Below are positions 8,749 through 18,926 of a stretch of DNA of 32,311 bases, piece by piece. Position numbers and translations under genes: made by a program. The stretch is from a virus (Duplodnaviria; Caudoviricetes). The notes under the pieces were generated by a model that was given only the letters and a program-made list of their open reading frames with translations, ran no database searches and was not told where the DNA came from. The stretch lies in IMG/VR virus record IMGVR_UViG_3300032260_000014, positions 1 through 32,311 of that record; one strand, written 5' to 3'. Position 1 is the first letter of the stretch; each line of letters starts with the position of its first letter.

Positions 8749-8970
8749 ATGACAAAAACTAAAATTACAACTAAAAGAAAGGAGAGTGATAAAAACACTT
8801 CAGTTGGTGTACTTGATAATAAATCCAAAGTAGTTACTTTTATCAAAGATGAAACTGCTAAATTAAAAAAATTAAAGAAAATAGTTGGCAATAAGATCAC
8901 CTATTATGAAACAAGAGATAAGGGTGTAGTAAAACAAAAATCAGGTGAATTTTTAGGATTAAATAAGTAA
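8749..8970 (+). CDS. Hypothetical basic protein
   Basis: 73-aa Lys-rich ORF, tightly packed. Confidence 0.6.
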   Translation: MTKTKITTKRKESDKNTSVGVLDNKSKVVTFIKDETAKLKKLKKIVGNKITYYETRDKGVVKQKSGEFLGLNK

Positions 8971-8973
8971 AAG

Positions 8974-9714
8974 ATGAATAAAGAAGAAGTATTAAAAAAT
9001 TGTACAATTGAAGGTAATATAGTTAAATTACCAGATACGCAACTCGATAGAAAATTATATCAAGATGTAGCTAAATCACTTAATTTAATAGGTGGTAAAT
9101 GGAAAGGTGGTAAAGTAATGGGATTTGTTTTTCAAGAAGACCCTACTGAATTACTTGCTCAAATATCAAATGGTGAAAAAAGAAACCTTAAAAAAGAATA
9201 TCAGTTCTTTGGAACTCCTGAAGGATTAGCAGATAAATTAGTCTTGCTTGCTGGTATATCAAAAGATCATTATATATTAGAGCCAAGTGCAGGACAAGGC
9301 GCTATAGTGAAAGCAATAAATAGAGTACATCCATTTCATATCGTTCATTGTTTTGAATTAATGCCTATTAATCAAACATTTTTAAGTAAAATAGATACTG
9401 TTAATCTAATTTCAGATGATTTTTTAAGCACTCCAATATCAGGAAGGAATACATATGATAGAATAATTGCAAATCCACCATTTACAAAAAATCAAGATAT
9501 TGACCACATAAAGCAAATGTACAATAGGCTTGGTGAAAATGGGCGTTTAGTTTCTGTTGCTTCTTTGAGTTGGGTTAGTGGTAGTCAAAAAAAGCAAATT
9601 GAATTTAGAGAATGGCTATTATCGCTTAATGCTCAAGTCTTAGATATTGAACCAGGAACATTTAAAGAAAGTGGCACTATGGTGGGTGGTAAAATTATTG
9701 TAATTGATAAATAA
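8974..9714 (+). CDS. SAM-dependent amino (N6-A/N4-C) DNA methyltransferase-like protein
   Basis: YQFFGTP, ILEPSAGQGAI (SAM binding) and IIANPPF (catalytic). Confidence 0.88.
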   Translation: MNKEEVLKNCTIEGNIVKLPDTQLDRKLYQDVAKSLNLIGGKWKGGKVMGFVFQEDPTELLAQISNGEKRNLKKEYQFFGTPEGLADKLVLLAGISKDHYILEPSAGQGAIVKAINRVHPFHIVHCFELMPINQTFLSKIDTVNLISDDFLSTPISGRNTYDRIIANPPFTKNQDIDHIKQMYNRLGENGRLVSVASLSWVSGSQKKQIEFREWLLSLNAQVLDIEPGTFKESGTMVGGKIIVIDK

Positions 9715-9716
9715 CT

Positions 9717-9983
9717 ATGTCTAACGAAGATTTTTTTAAAAAAGCTTATGGTTCTATTTGTAAAATGCAAATAGAAAAAGATAAGAGATATGCTAATTCA
9801 GCATTAAAGCCTTTAAATATATTTGCTAAACATCATCCTTATGGAGCTAGATTAGATGAAAAATTAGCAAGAGTACAAAATAGTGATGAATTAAGGAAAA
9901 ACGATATAGCTGATATTATTGGTGGCTGTATGTTGCTATGTAAAGATAGAGGATGGGATAATTTTGATGATTTAATTGATTAA
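9717..9983 (+). CDS. Nmad1/DUF1599-like all-alpha protein (nucleotide-modification-associated)
   Basis: KDKRYANSALKP...ARLDEKLARVQN...DIADIIG matches the pattern I recall for this family. Confidence 0.6.
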   Translation: MSNEDFFKKAYGSICKMQIEKDKRYANSALKPLNIFAKHHPYGARLDEKLARVQNSDELRKNDIADIIGGCMLLCKDRGWDNFDDLID

Positions 9984-9987
9984 ATAA

Positions 9988-12900
9988 ATGAATAAACTAC
10001 AACAATATCTTTCAGACAATTTAATAGATTTTAAGGTTGAATCTAATTCAATAGTCAACATAAATGATTTAGGGTTATTCTTATTTATAGAACCTAAAAA
10101 CGATATCATTATATTGCCTTCTTTTGAATTGAATTTATCTGAAGAGGAAAAAAATATTGATGTTGATTTTTATTGTTTCCAGTTTGGTGAAAATTTCTAT
10201 TATACCGAAAGTAATAATGATTTAACATTAAAGCCATTAAAATATTTAAATAAATACGTAAATGATTTTGATTTAAGTATACCATTTCTTGGCTTGCATG
10301 GGGGATATGAATTATTGAATGGATCAAGAAGCTATAATGATTGGATTCAGAAAGCAAAATTTTTGAATATCAACACATTAGCTATCTGTGAAAAAAACAC
10401 ATTAGCTGGTACTCTTAAATTCCAAATGGCTTGTAAGTCTAATAATATTAAATCTATTATTGGCGAACAAGTAGCTGTAAAAGATGGTGAGAATTTATTT
10501 CAATTCAAGTGTTATGTGAAAAATAAAGAGGGGTGGGAGAATTTATTGGCAATCAATAAAGAAATTACAGTAACTAATCATGGATTTATCGACAGTAGTG
10601 TATTTTTAAGGCTTGTAGGTGGATTATTTATTGTAATTGACACAAAGTACTCATCATATTCTAAAATGTTGCCATATGATCTAAATATATCTGAATTATT
10701 CTATCAAATAGATACTGTTGAATTTTCTAATAATGAAAAAGATAAAGAGTATCTTCTTAACTTAAAAAATTTCATAAATCAAACTAAAATAAAACCTCTT
10801 TTTATAAGTGATGCATATTATTTAGATAAAGAGGATTTTAGAGTAAAAAAGATATTAAATGCTGTAAGTAATATTAGAGATTATGGAAGTAAGAATCAAT
10901 ACTTTAAAACAGTTGAAGAAAACTTTGCATTATTATCAGTATTGTTTGATGATGAAAATAAATGCTTTGATTTATTTGAAAAATCTATAATTAATTTAAA
11001 TGATTTAGCAGGTAGGTGTGATTTTGAAATAGAAACAGGTGTTAAATATCTTCCTAAATATATAATGACTGAAGAAGAAAAGAAAACACACAAAACAAAA
11101 GACAATATGTTTTGGTCATTAGTGCAAGAAGGTATAGATGCTAAATTACCGAAAGAAGGTGATTTGCAAAAATATGAAGAAAGAATAATTGAAGAACATG
11201 AAGTAATTCAATTAGTAATTTCTGAAGCTGGTGATGGCATTGATTATTTTTTAATTTCATGGGATATTATTAGATTTTGTCATGAAAATGATATATTGGT
11301 TGGACTATCCAGAGGTTCGAGTGCTGGAAGCCTGTTGGCGTATTTGCTAAATATCACAAAAATAAACCCCTTTGATTATGATTTATTATTTAGTAGATTT
11401 TTAAATGTAGGAAGGGTTAAAAAGGGTGCTCTCCCAGATTTTGACATTGATTTTCAGACACTTAGAAGAAGTGAAGTAAAAAAATACATAGAGCAAAAGT
11501 ATGGTGTAGATAATGTTTGTTCAGTAGGTACTTATACAACTCTCCAATTAAGAGCAGCTTTAAAAGATATTGCCAGACAAAGAAATGTAGAATTTGGTAC
11601 TGTTAATTATATAAGTCAAGCACTGGAGGTTAGTAGTGGAGATTGGGAAGATATTTTTAAAACAGCTTTTGCTAAAAAACAAGTGAAAGATTTTATATTA
11701 AATTATCCAGATGTTGTTGATGATATTCAATTAATATTAAAGCAACCTAAAAGTAATTCTATTCATGCTTGTGCAACTATTATTGTGCCAGATGGTAGAG
11801 ATATTTTTCAATCCTTTCCTGTGAGATTAGGTGAAAAAGATGGTGAAACAATGGTTGTTAGTGAATGGGAAGGTAATGAACTTGAAGCAGCTGGTTTTTT
11901 AAAAGAAGATATTTTAGGCGTTCTACAACTTGATAAGTATAAATTCATTATTGATTTAATAAAAGAAATTACAGGTGAGGTAATTGATATTTATAGCATT
12001 CCTCTAAAAGAAGAAGGTGTTTATGAATTATTTAAAAAGGGATACAATGGAGATATATTTCAATTAGGAACAGTTGGAATGACCAATTATTGTAAGGATA
12101 TGAAGCCTGAAAACATATATGAGTTAATTGATGCTATTTCTTTGTATCGACCTGGAGCAATGGATGTAAATGCCCATAATGAATATGTGTTAAGAAAATT
12201 TGGAGAAAGAGAAGTTACTTTTCATTGGGGTACTGAAAATATCCTAAAACACACCTATGGGTTAATTATATATCAAGAACAAGTTATGCAAATAGTTCAA
12301 GAATTAGCTGACTTTGATGAAGTTACGTCTGATGATATCAGAAGATGTGTTTATCCAGATTCATTATTATGGACTAATAATGGTTATGAAAAGATAAAAA
12401 ATTTAAGCAATAAAGATAATGTCTTAACATATTCTGATATAGAAATAAAAAATAAAACAAATAAAGTAAGAAAATTTTTTAATAGTGGAAGTAAGAGATG
12501 TATTCGTTTAGTTTTTGATGGAGGTAGGGAAATTATTTGCACTGAAGACCATAGATTTTATACAAATAAAGGTTGGATTGAGGCTCAGTATTTAATAAAT
12601 AATGAATTGTATTGTTTACATGAATTACAAGAGAAGTATGGTAATTGTGATGTAAGTATGGATAAATTATATCTTACTATAGCTTTAATTACAGAAGGCT
12701 ACTTTATGAAAGAAGTAACCTTCTCAAATAAAGATGTTGATGAAATTAATAAATTTAAGAAGGCTTATAGAAACTATTTTAAAAAAGAAGTTAAGTATGA
12801 ATATATAGATAAAAATAATGTAACTGCTCTTCATTTAGATATTGATATAGTTGAAGAATTAGAGCTAAATAAAGTTAAATCAGTAGATCAAGTTTTACCT

Positions 12901-14595
12901 GATTATTTTTTACAATTAAACAAAGAAGGTTGGTTGTTTTCATTGGCTAAATTAATAGATTTTGATGGGTACGTAGATAAAGAAGGAAGAGTATATTATT
13001 GCTCTAAATCTAAAAAGTTGATAGATCAAATTCATTTAATGTTTGAGTGTTTAGGGGTTAAAGCAAATATAGTTACTAGATATAAAGAAAAATATTTATG
13101 TAATTATTATGAAGTTTATATTGGAGATTCAAGAGATTTACCTATAGTTCATGAAAAATTAAAAAAGTATAGTTATAAATTGCAAAACTTTAAAGGAGAG
13201 ATTAATAACGGCAAAAATTATACAAAATATATGATTCCTTTTGATATATGGAATCCAATTATAGAAAAATTGATCAATAATAGTGGATATAAAAGGAATG
13301 AGTTAATAAAAGTTTCTGGAAGATATTTTAATAAAAATATCTCTATAGATAAATTATCTAATATTTTAACTATAGTTGGTAGAAGTAAATTGTTAGAATT
13401 TTTTATTAAAAAGAATGTTTTTTGGGAAAAGGTTGTTGATATACAGGACTATGGAGTATCTGAAGTTTATGATTTCACTATGAATTCAGGATGTGTTCCT
13501 CAAGCATATGTGAATGGATTACTTGTTCATAATTCAATGGGTAAGAAAAAGAAAGATGTTATTGATAAATATAAAGAGCAATTTATATTTAAAGTAGTTG
13601 AAAAAGGTTGTCCAGAAGCTGAAGCAGAAATCATTTGGCATGAATTAGAAGTGCATTCAGGATATAGTTTTAATAAGTCCCACGCAGCGTCTTACGCTAT
13701 TACAGGATACATTGGGCAATGGTTTAAATATCATTATCCATTACAATTCTGGACTTCAGCATTTCAATTTGATACTCCTAATCCGAAAAAAAGCAATATA
13801 GGTAGGTTTATTAGTGAAATTCATAGAACTGATAACTTTATAAAAATACAACCACCAGATATAAATGAAAGTGGTGAAGGTTTTATGTCAAATCCTGATA
13901 AGATGGAAATCTATTGGTCAATTAGTAAAGTAAAGCAAGTTGGTGAAAAGGCTCTAGAAGTTATAATAGATGAACGAACTAATAAAGGAGAGTTTTTTAG
14001 TTTAGAAGATTTTCTTAGTAGAATTGACAAGCGTGTAGTCAATAAAGCAGTTGTTATTAATTTGATTTTGTCGGGTAGTTTTGATGAATTAGAGAATATC
14101 AATCATGTTGGTGATAGGAAAATACTTATTAATAAATATTATGAGTTTACAGGAGCTAAAAGAGAGAAAGATGATGTTTATTTAATTAATCATGAAAATT
14201 ATTGGTGGCAAATTAAACAAAAAGAATTAAGTGGTTTTGGTGATATTGATTATATTACATTTTTAAAAGACAAAACTGAATTTAGTCCTAAAAAATATAT
14301 TAGTGGATTTGATTTACCCGAAACAAAAGAAGATAGTAATGTTTTGATTGCAGGATTAATAAAAAGATTTGTTGTAAGGGTTACTAAAAAGAATGATGAA
14401 TTTTGTCGGGTAACTCTTGACAATAACAATGAAGAAATTGATATTGTTATTTGGAATGAAACCTATCAAGGATTAAACTCAGAAAGTTTTGAGGTTGGTA
14501 AGATTTTAACATTAGAAGGTAAGGTGGTGAAAGATAATTATAAAGGTGGAAATGTTATACATTCTTTTGAAAAAACTAAAGTTATTTTTATTTAA
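9988..14595 (+). CDS. dnaE: DNA polymerase III alpha subunit (family C) with intein
   Basis: PHP domain (LHGGYELLNG, SDAYY), SRGSSAGSLLAYLL, catalytic PDFDIDF, KEDILG, YSFNKSHA and a C-terminal OB fold. Confidence 0.97.
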   Translation: MNKLQQYLSDNLIDFKVESNSIVNINDLGLFLFIEPKNDIIILPSFELNLSEEEKNIDVDFYCFQFGENFYYTESNNDLTLKPLKYLNKYVNDFDLSIPFLGLHGGYELLNGSRSYNDWIQKAKFLNINTLAICEKNTLAGTLKFQMACKSNNIKSIIGEQVAVKDGENLFQFKCYVKNKEGWENLLAINKEITVTNHGFIDSSVFLRLVGGLFIVIDTKYSSYSKMLPYDLNISELFYQIDTVEFSNNEKDKEYLLNLKNFINQTKIKPLFISDAYYLDKEDFRVKKILNAVSNIRDYGSKNQYFKTVEENFALLSVLFDDENKCFDLFEKSIINLNDLAGRCDFEIETGVKYLPKYIMTEEEKKTHKTKDNMFWSLVQEGIDAKLPKEGDLQKYEERIIEEHEVIQLVISEAGDGIDYFLISWDIIRFCHENDILVGLSRGSSAGSLLAYLLNITKINPFDYDLLFSRFLNVGRVKKGALPDFDIDFQTLRRSEVKKYIEQKYGVDNVCSVGTYTTLQLRAALKDIARQRNVEFGTVNYISQALEVSSGDWEDIFKTAFAKKQVKDFILNYPDVVDDIQLILKQPKSNSIHACATIIVPDGRDIFQSFPVRLGEKDGETMVVSEWEGNELEAAGFLKEDILGVLQLDKYKFIIDLIKEITGEVIDIYSIPLKEEGVYELFKKGYNGDIFQLGTVGMTNYCKDMKPENIYELIDAISLYRPGAMDVNAHNEYVLRKFGEREVTFHWGTENILKHTYGLIIYQEQVMQIVQELADFDEVTSDDIRRCVYPDSLLWTNNGYEKIKNLSNKDNVLTYSDIEIKNKTNKVRKFFNSGSKRCIRLVFDGGREIICTEDHRFYTNKGWIEAQYLINNELYCLHELQEKYGNCDVSMDKLYLTIALITEGYFMKEVTFSNKDVDEINKFKKAYRNYFKKEVKYEYIDKNNVTALHLDIDIVEELELNKVKSVDQVLPDYFLQLNKEGWLFSLAKLIDFDGYVDKEGRVYYCSKSKKLIDQIHLMFECLGVKANIVTRYKEKYLCNYYEVYIGDSRDLPIVHEKLKKYSYKLQNFKGEINNGKNYTKYMIPFDIWNPIIEKLINNSGYKRNELIKVSGRYFNKNISIDKLSNILTIVGRSKLLEFFIKKNVFWEKVVDIQDYGVSEVYDFTMNSGCVPQAYVNGLLVHNSMGKKKKDVIDKYKEQFIFKVVEKGCPEAEAEIIWHELEVHSGYSFNKSHAASYAITGYIGQWFKYHYPLQFWTSAFQFDTPNPKKSNIGRFISEIHRTDNFIKIQPPDINESGEGFMSNPDKMEIYWSISKVKQVGEKALEVIIDERTNKGEFFSLEDFLSRIDKRVVNKAVVINLILSGSFDELENINHVGDRKILINKYYEFTGAKREKDDVYLINHENYWWQIKQKELSGFGDIDYITFLKDKTEFSPKKYISGFDLPETKEDSNVLIAGLIKRFVVRVTKKNDEFCRVTLDNNNEEIDIVIWNETYQGLNSESFEVGKILTLEGKVVKDNYKGGNVIHSFEKTKVIFI
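12346..13533 (+). mobile_element. Intein (396 aa) with LAGLIDADG homing endonuclease in DnaE
   Basis: It splits the conserved IRR|SMGKKK motif, starts CVYPDS and ends LLVHN before Ser+1. Block B is CTEDHRF; LAGLIDADG-like motifs are TIALITEG and LAKLIDFDG. Confidence 0.93.
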
Positions 14596-14610
14596 TCATA
14601 ATATATTTTA

Positions 14611-14618
14611 TATATTTG
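14611..14618 (+). promoter_or_regulatory. Putative -7 promoter element TATATTTG
   Basis: Exact TAnnTTTG in the intergenic gap, 13 bp before the ATG; no clear -33 TTTG. Confidence 0.5.
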
Positions 14619-14631
14619 TAAAAACTAAAAC

Positions 14632-14820
14632 ATGAACACTCCAGAAACAAGAACATCAGATAATATATGTGATGATTGTGGCCAAGCTTATTTAAGTAGA
14701 GCACAAAGAATGGATGGAACTAGAGTAATGACATTCCATCAAGGTCAATGCGGTTTATGCGAAGATCACAAGCCAATTACACACATAGAAAATTATAACT
14801 TTTTAAAAGAGCAGAAATAA
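14632..14820 (+). CDS. Small zinc-binding hypothetical protein
   Basis: CDDC...CGLC; the stop overlaps the next start (TAATG). Confidence 0.65.
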   Translation: MNTPETRTSDNICDDCGQAYLSRAQRMDGTRVMTFHQGQCGLCEDHKPITHIENYNFLKEQK

Positions 14821-15344
14821 TGGATAAAGAAACAACAATAGTACATTTGAGGACAAAAATTGCAGCTATAACTCCAACAGCTTGGAATTATGATTTTGAT
14901 CCTGATGAAATTTTTAAAATCAATCCATACAACATAGTAGGTGAATTAATAACTATTCCTGTGTTGGTTAATAGATTAGGTAATTTAGTGGCTGAATTAA
15001 ATACTTACATTAAAAGACAAAAAGCTGAATTAAAAATAGCTGAAGCTGATGTAGCTAGAATTTTTCGTAAAGATCAAAATGCAGCTGGTATGAAGAAACC
15101 AACTGTTCAAGAAATGGATGATCATTTAACACTTGATTTAGTTTTAAAAGATAAGAGATTTAAATTAATAAACCTCGAAGGTGATTTGCAGAAATTAGAA
15201 TCAATGCATGATTCAGCACAAAAGAAGAGTTTTAATATTGGAATTTTAGGAAGACATCTAGTTCCAGCAGAATTTGAAACAGAGCTAATAGAAGGTTCAA
15301 TAAATGGCGTAATGATTAAATTAAGAGATAAAAGAATACAGTAA
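14820..15344 (+). CDS. Helical protein, possible UvsY-like recombination mediator
   Basis: Coiled-coil character, size and position upstream of the SSB-like gene and recA. The function is inferred. Confidence 0.45.
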   Translation: MDKETTIVHLRTKIAAITPTAWNYDFDPDEIFKINPYNIVGELITIPVLVNRLGNLVAELNTYIKRQKAELKIAEADVARIFRKDQNAAGMKKPTVQEMDDHLTLDLVLKDKRFKLINLEGDLQKLESMHDSAQKKSFNIGILGRHLVPAEFETELIEGSINGVMIKLRDKRIQ

Positions 15345-15390
15345 TAGCTGTAGTTAATAATTAAATATAAACAAATTAAATTTTAGAAAA

Positions 15391-16806
15391 ATGAGTAGCA
15401 TTTTAGAAAACATCAAAAAGATGAGAGAGCAAGCTGAAGCAGCTAAAACAAAGTATTTTACTCCGAAAGGAGGAAAAAATATGTCTCCTAAAGACTTTGT
15501 TGAGGGTATAACTTCAATGAGAGTAGCTCCAAGTCATAGTTCAGAATTTCCATTACCATTTGTACCATTCAGATCAACCTATTTAGAAGTTGAGCTAGGA
15601 ATTGACAAATTGATGAAGTGGAATATAGAGAAATTGATTAAAGATAAATCTTTACTTAAGCCATTTGGTGTTGAGAAAATTGAAGATTTGTCAGATTGGG
15701 ATGATGATAAGTTGAAATCTAAATTGAAAGAAATTTTAGGAGATTCATTCCAAATGAAGGTTAATAAGAAAATTTTTATTGCTACTATGCATGGGAAAGA
15801 AGGTGATAAGGATTTATTAGAAGAGTATATTAAATTTGTTGTTGGTAAGGTTAATGGCGAATGTGAAAGAGATGAAGCTAAAAAGAAACTGTCTCCTATT
15901 TTTGGATTTAGAGATAGTACTGGAAAGTGGAACTCAGGCATTAATCCAGGAACAAATTTTGTATTTTATGGTTTTGATTGGGGAACTAAAAATCTATTTA
16001 AGGTTGAAATTTATGACAACATGATGGATAAGATTGAAGAATTGTATATGAAATTCGATACCCCTGAAACACCATTAACTATTGATCCATTTTCTCATCC
16101 AAGTGAAGGTATTGCAATTGATTTCGATAAATACAAAACTGAAAAAGGTAAATGGGCATTTAGAATTACAGATACGTTATACATGCATAAAAAACATGGA
16201 ACATATCAGCAATTCCAAAAGTCATTTGAACTTGAAGAGGAGCAATTGAAACAATTAGCAGAAGTTGATCCATTGTATAAATTATTTGGTCGTGGATCAT
16301 TTAGAAAATCTGATTTTGAACTTCAGGTAAATGGATTACTTTTATTTGATGCCAAACATGAATTTAATGCCTTTGAAAATAGTGATTTTTTAGCTATTTA
16401 TACTGAAATAGAAAAACAATACGAGGGTGAAGTTGAAGAAAAAGAAGAAGGTGTTGATAGTTCTATTGAAGAAACTAAATCAGGTAGTGATATTGATAAA
16501 ACCTTTGCAACCAAACCTCTGCAAGTTCAACAACAAGAAGCTGAAGCAGCTAAAAAAGTAGAAGGAAGTATTGATGATGAGGAGGCTGAATTAAAGGCAG
16601 CTTTAGCTTTGATTAAGAAAAATAAAGCTAAAAAAGCAGCTGAAGCTAAGAAAACAGCAGCCAAAAAAGATGATCCTCTTAAAAATACTACCATTGAAGA
16701 AAACAGTTTTAAAGAAGATGAGAAAGAAACTCCTCCTGCAACTGAACCAACAGCAATGAATGCTAAATTAGCAGCATTAAGAGCTAAAACAGCAAACAAG
16801 AAGTAA
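15391..16806 (+). CDS. Probable single-stranded DNA-binding protein (gp32-like) with a long charged tail
   Basis: Aromatic-rich core (IDPFSHPSEG), acidic and Ala/Lys low-complexity C-terminal third, location in the recombination module, and a following terminator hairpin. Confidence 0.5.
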   Translation: MSSILENIKKMREQAEAAKTKYFTPKGGKNMSPKDFVEGITSMRVAPSHSSEFPLPFVPFRSTYLEVELGIDKLMKWNIEKLIKDKSLLKPFGVEKIEDLSDWDDDKLKSKLKEILGDSFQMKVNKKIFIATMHGKEGDKDLLEEYIKFVVGKVNGECERDEAKKKLSPIFGFRDSTGKWNSGINPGTNFVFYGFDWGTKNLFKVEIYDNMMDKIEELYMKFDTPETPLTIDPFSHPSEGIAIDFDKYKTEKGKWAFRITDTLYMHKKHGTYQQFQKSFELEEEQLKQLAEVDPLYKLFGRGSFRKSDFELQVNGLLLFDAKHEFNAFENSDFLAIYTEIEKQYEGEVEEKEEGVDSSIEETKSGSDIDKTFATKPLQVQQQEAEAAKKVEGSIDDEEAELKAALALIKKNKAKKAAEAKKTAAKKDDPLKNTTIEENSFKEDEKETPPATEPTAMNAKLAALRAKTANKK

Positions 16807-16815
16807 TATTTTTAT

Positions 16816-16847
16816 AAGAAGTGGGGTAAAACTCACTTCTTTAATTT
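16816..16847 (+). terminator. Intrinsic terminator-like hairpin
   Basis: AAGAAGTGGG (16816-16825) pairs with CTCACTTCTT (16832-16841), followed by a T-rich stretch. Confidence 0.65.
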
Positions 16848-16861
16848 CAAATAATCGTAAA

Positions 16862-17929
16862 ATGAATCCAGCATTAGCAGCAATAAGTAATGATTGGCAT
16901 ATAGAGTCAAAAAATACTGAACAAATAATAGGTTTAATTAAACAAAAAATTAAGTTAGCTAAGAAATTAGAAACAACTACTCTAATTTGTTTAGGAGATG
17001 TATTTCAGAGTAGACAAGCACAGCCATTGAATGTATTAAAATGTTTTGAAAAAATATTAGATTTAATTGATGAAGCAGGAATGGTACTCTATTGTATTGC
17101 TGGGAATCATGATAAAACTGACTATTCTAGTGAAGATTCTTTCCTTGATCAATTTCAATGGCATCCATCATTAAAATTATTTAATGTAATTTCTGGAGAT
17201 ATAGTTTTAGGGGGGGGTATACATTTACAATTTATACCATTTTTTGAAGAAAGTAAATATATTGATATATTGGATTCATTGATTAAAGATAATGCTATCC
17301 ATTCTTCAAACCCTAGAAGGATTTTATGTTCTCATCAAGCCTTATCGGGTTCGGTAAATAATGATGGATCAAAAATTGAAAATAATATTAAACCTTCATT
17401 ATTTGAGAATTTTTTCAAAGTATTCTTAGGTCATTATCACAATCAAAGTCAAATAGGAAGGAATATATTCCACCTACCTAGTTTACAAGCCAATAATTTT
17501 GGTGAAGATAATGAAAAGGGATTTACGGTATTATATGCTGATGGTAGTCATGAATTAGTAAATAGTATATTCCCTGAATACCATACAATTAAAATTGATC
17601 TTGATAAAGTCAACAAAGAAGAACTGAATCAATTAAAGAAAGATGGTTCACAATTAATTAAGGAATCTGATGCTAATATTAGATTTAAGATTGAAGGCAG
17701 TAGCGATAAAGTTGGAGCTATAAAAAGTGAAGAATTTACTGCATTAGGCATAGACGTAAAAAAGGAACATAAAACTATCATAAAATCAATCGAGAAAGCT
17801 AAAATAGGCGAAGTTATTATTTATGATAATACAACAATTTTAGATAAATTTGATAAATTCTGTGAAACAGAAGAATATGACAATATTGAATATGGTAAAA
17901 GTTGCTTAACTAAAAAACTAAAAGAGTAA
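16862..17929 (+). CDS. sbcD: SbcD/Mre11-like metallophosphoesterase nuclease
   Basis: NDWH, LGDVF, AGNHD, SHQ and LGHYH motifs. Confidence 0.9.
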   Translation: MNPALAAISNDWHIESKNTEQIIGLIKQKIKLAKKLETTTLICLGDVFQSRQAQPLNVLKCFEKILDLIDEAGMVLYCIAGNHDKTDYSSEDSFLDQFQWHPSLKLFNVISGDIVLGGGIHLQFIPFFEESKYIDILDSLIKDNAIHSSNPRRILCSHQALSGSVNNDGSKIENNIKPSLFENFFKVFLGHYHNQSQIGRNIFHLPSLQANNFGEDNEKGFTVLYADGSHELVNSIFPEYHTIKIDLDKVNKEELNQLKKDGSQLIKESDANIRFKIEGSSDKVGAIKSEEFTALGIDVKKEHKTIIKSIEKAKIGEVIIYDNTTILDKFDKFCETEEYDNIEYGKSCLTKKLKE

Positions 17930-18921
17930 TGAAAGAAGACAATAAGGCAATTAAAAATGTATTAGATACAATTAAAAAGAAATTTGGCAAAGAGTCTATA
18001 GTTGGTGAATTAGTTGAAGTAGAAAGAATTTCATCTAGTTGTATTAGTTTAGATTTAGCATTAGGTGGTGGATATCCAACAGGTAGAGTGATTGAAATTA
18101 GAGGTTGGGAAAGTTCTGGAAAGACCACAGTTGCTCTACATTTGGCAGCAGAAATTCAGAAAGCAGGTAAAAGAGTTGGTTATGTTGACACTGAGCATGC
18201 TTTAGATCTATTCTATGCATCAAATTTAGGTGTTGATGTGGATATTACAGCAGATGATCCACAATTTGTATTATCACAACCTGACTCTGGTGAAGAGGCA
18301 ATGGGTATTGCTCGTGAAATGGCTGTTTCAGGTGAATTTGGTTTAATTGTTTTAGATTCAGTTGCTGGATTAGTTCCTAAAGCCTTGATACAAGGTGAGG
18401 TGGGTGATCAAAAAATGGGAGTAATTGCTAGACTTATGTCACAATGGATACCTGCATTAGTTGCTCCAGCTAGTAATAGTGGAACTATTATTTGTTTTAT
18501 CTCTCAATATCGTGAAAAAATTGGTGTTATGTTTGGTAATCCAACTACTACTACAGGTGGTCATGCTCTTAAATTTTATTCTAGTCAAATCATAGAAGTC
18601 GCTAGGATAGGTCAAAATAAAGATGGCGATAAGGTTTTAAGTAATAAAACTAGAGTAAAAGTTCTTAAAAATAAAGTTGCAGTGCCATTTAAGCAAGCTG
18701 AATTTGATATTGTTTTTGGTGAAGGAATTGATTATACAGCTGATGTTTTAGATATAGCAACTGAACTTGAAATAGTTAAAAAGTCTGGAAGTTGGTATAG
18801 TTATATTGATACTAAATTAGGACAAGGTAGAGCTGGTGTTATTGATCTTTTAAAAGACAATCCAGAATTGTATGAAGAAATTGAAGGTAAAGTTAAAAAT
18901 GAATTAGGTTTAAAATCGTAA
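17929..18921 (+). CDS. recA: Recombinase RecA
   Basis: GWESSGKTT, DTEHALD, VLDSVAGLVP, GVMFGNPTTTTGGHALKFY, KNKVAVPF and KSGSWYSY. Confidence 0.98.
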   Translation: MKEDNKAIKNVLDTIKKKFGKESIVGELVEVERISSSCISLDLALGGGYPTGRVIEIRGWESSGKTTVALHLAAEIQKAGKRVGYVDTEHALDLFYASNLGVDVDITADDPQFVLSQPDSGEEAMGIAREMAVSGEFGLIVLDSVAGLVPKALIQGEVGDQKMGVIARLMSQWIPALVAPASNSGTIICFISQYREKIGVMFGNPTTTTGGHALKFYSSQIIEVARIGQNKDGDKVLSNKTRVKVLKNKVAVPFKQAEFDIVFGEGIDYTADVLDIATELEIVKKSGSWYSYIDTKLGQGRAGVIDLLKDNPELYEEIEGKVKNELGLKS

Positions 18922-18926
18922 ATATT

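Noticed and set aside
16420-16800. GAA/GCT/AAA-rich quasi-repeats
   Set aside because: They are explained by the Glu/Ala/Lys low-complexity protein tail and are not a DNA-level repeat.
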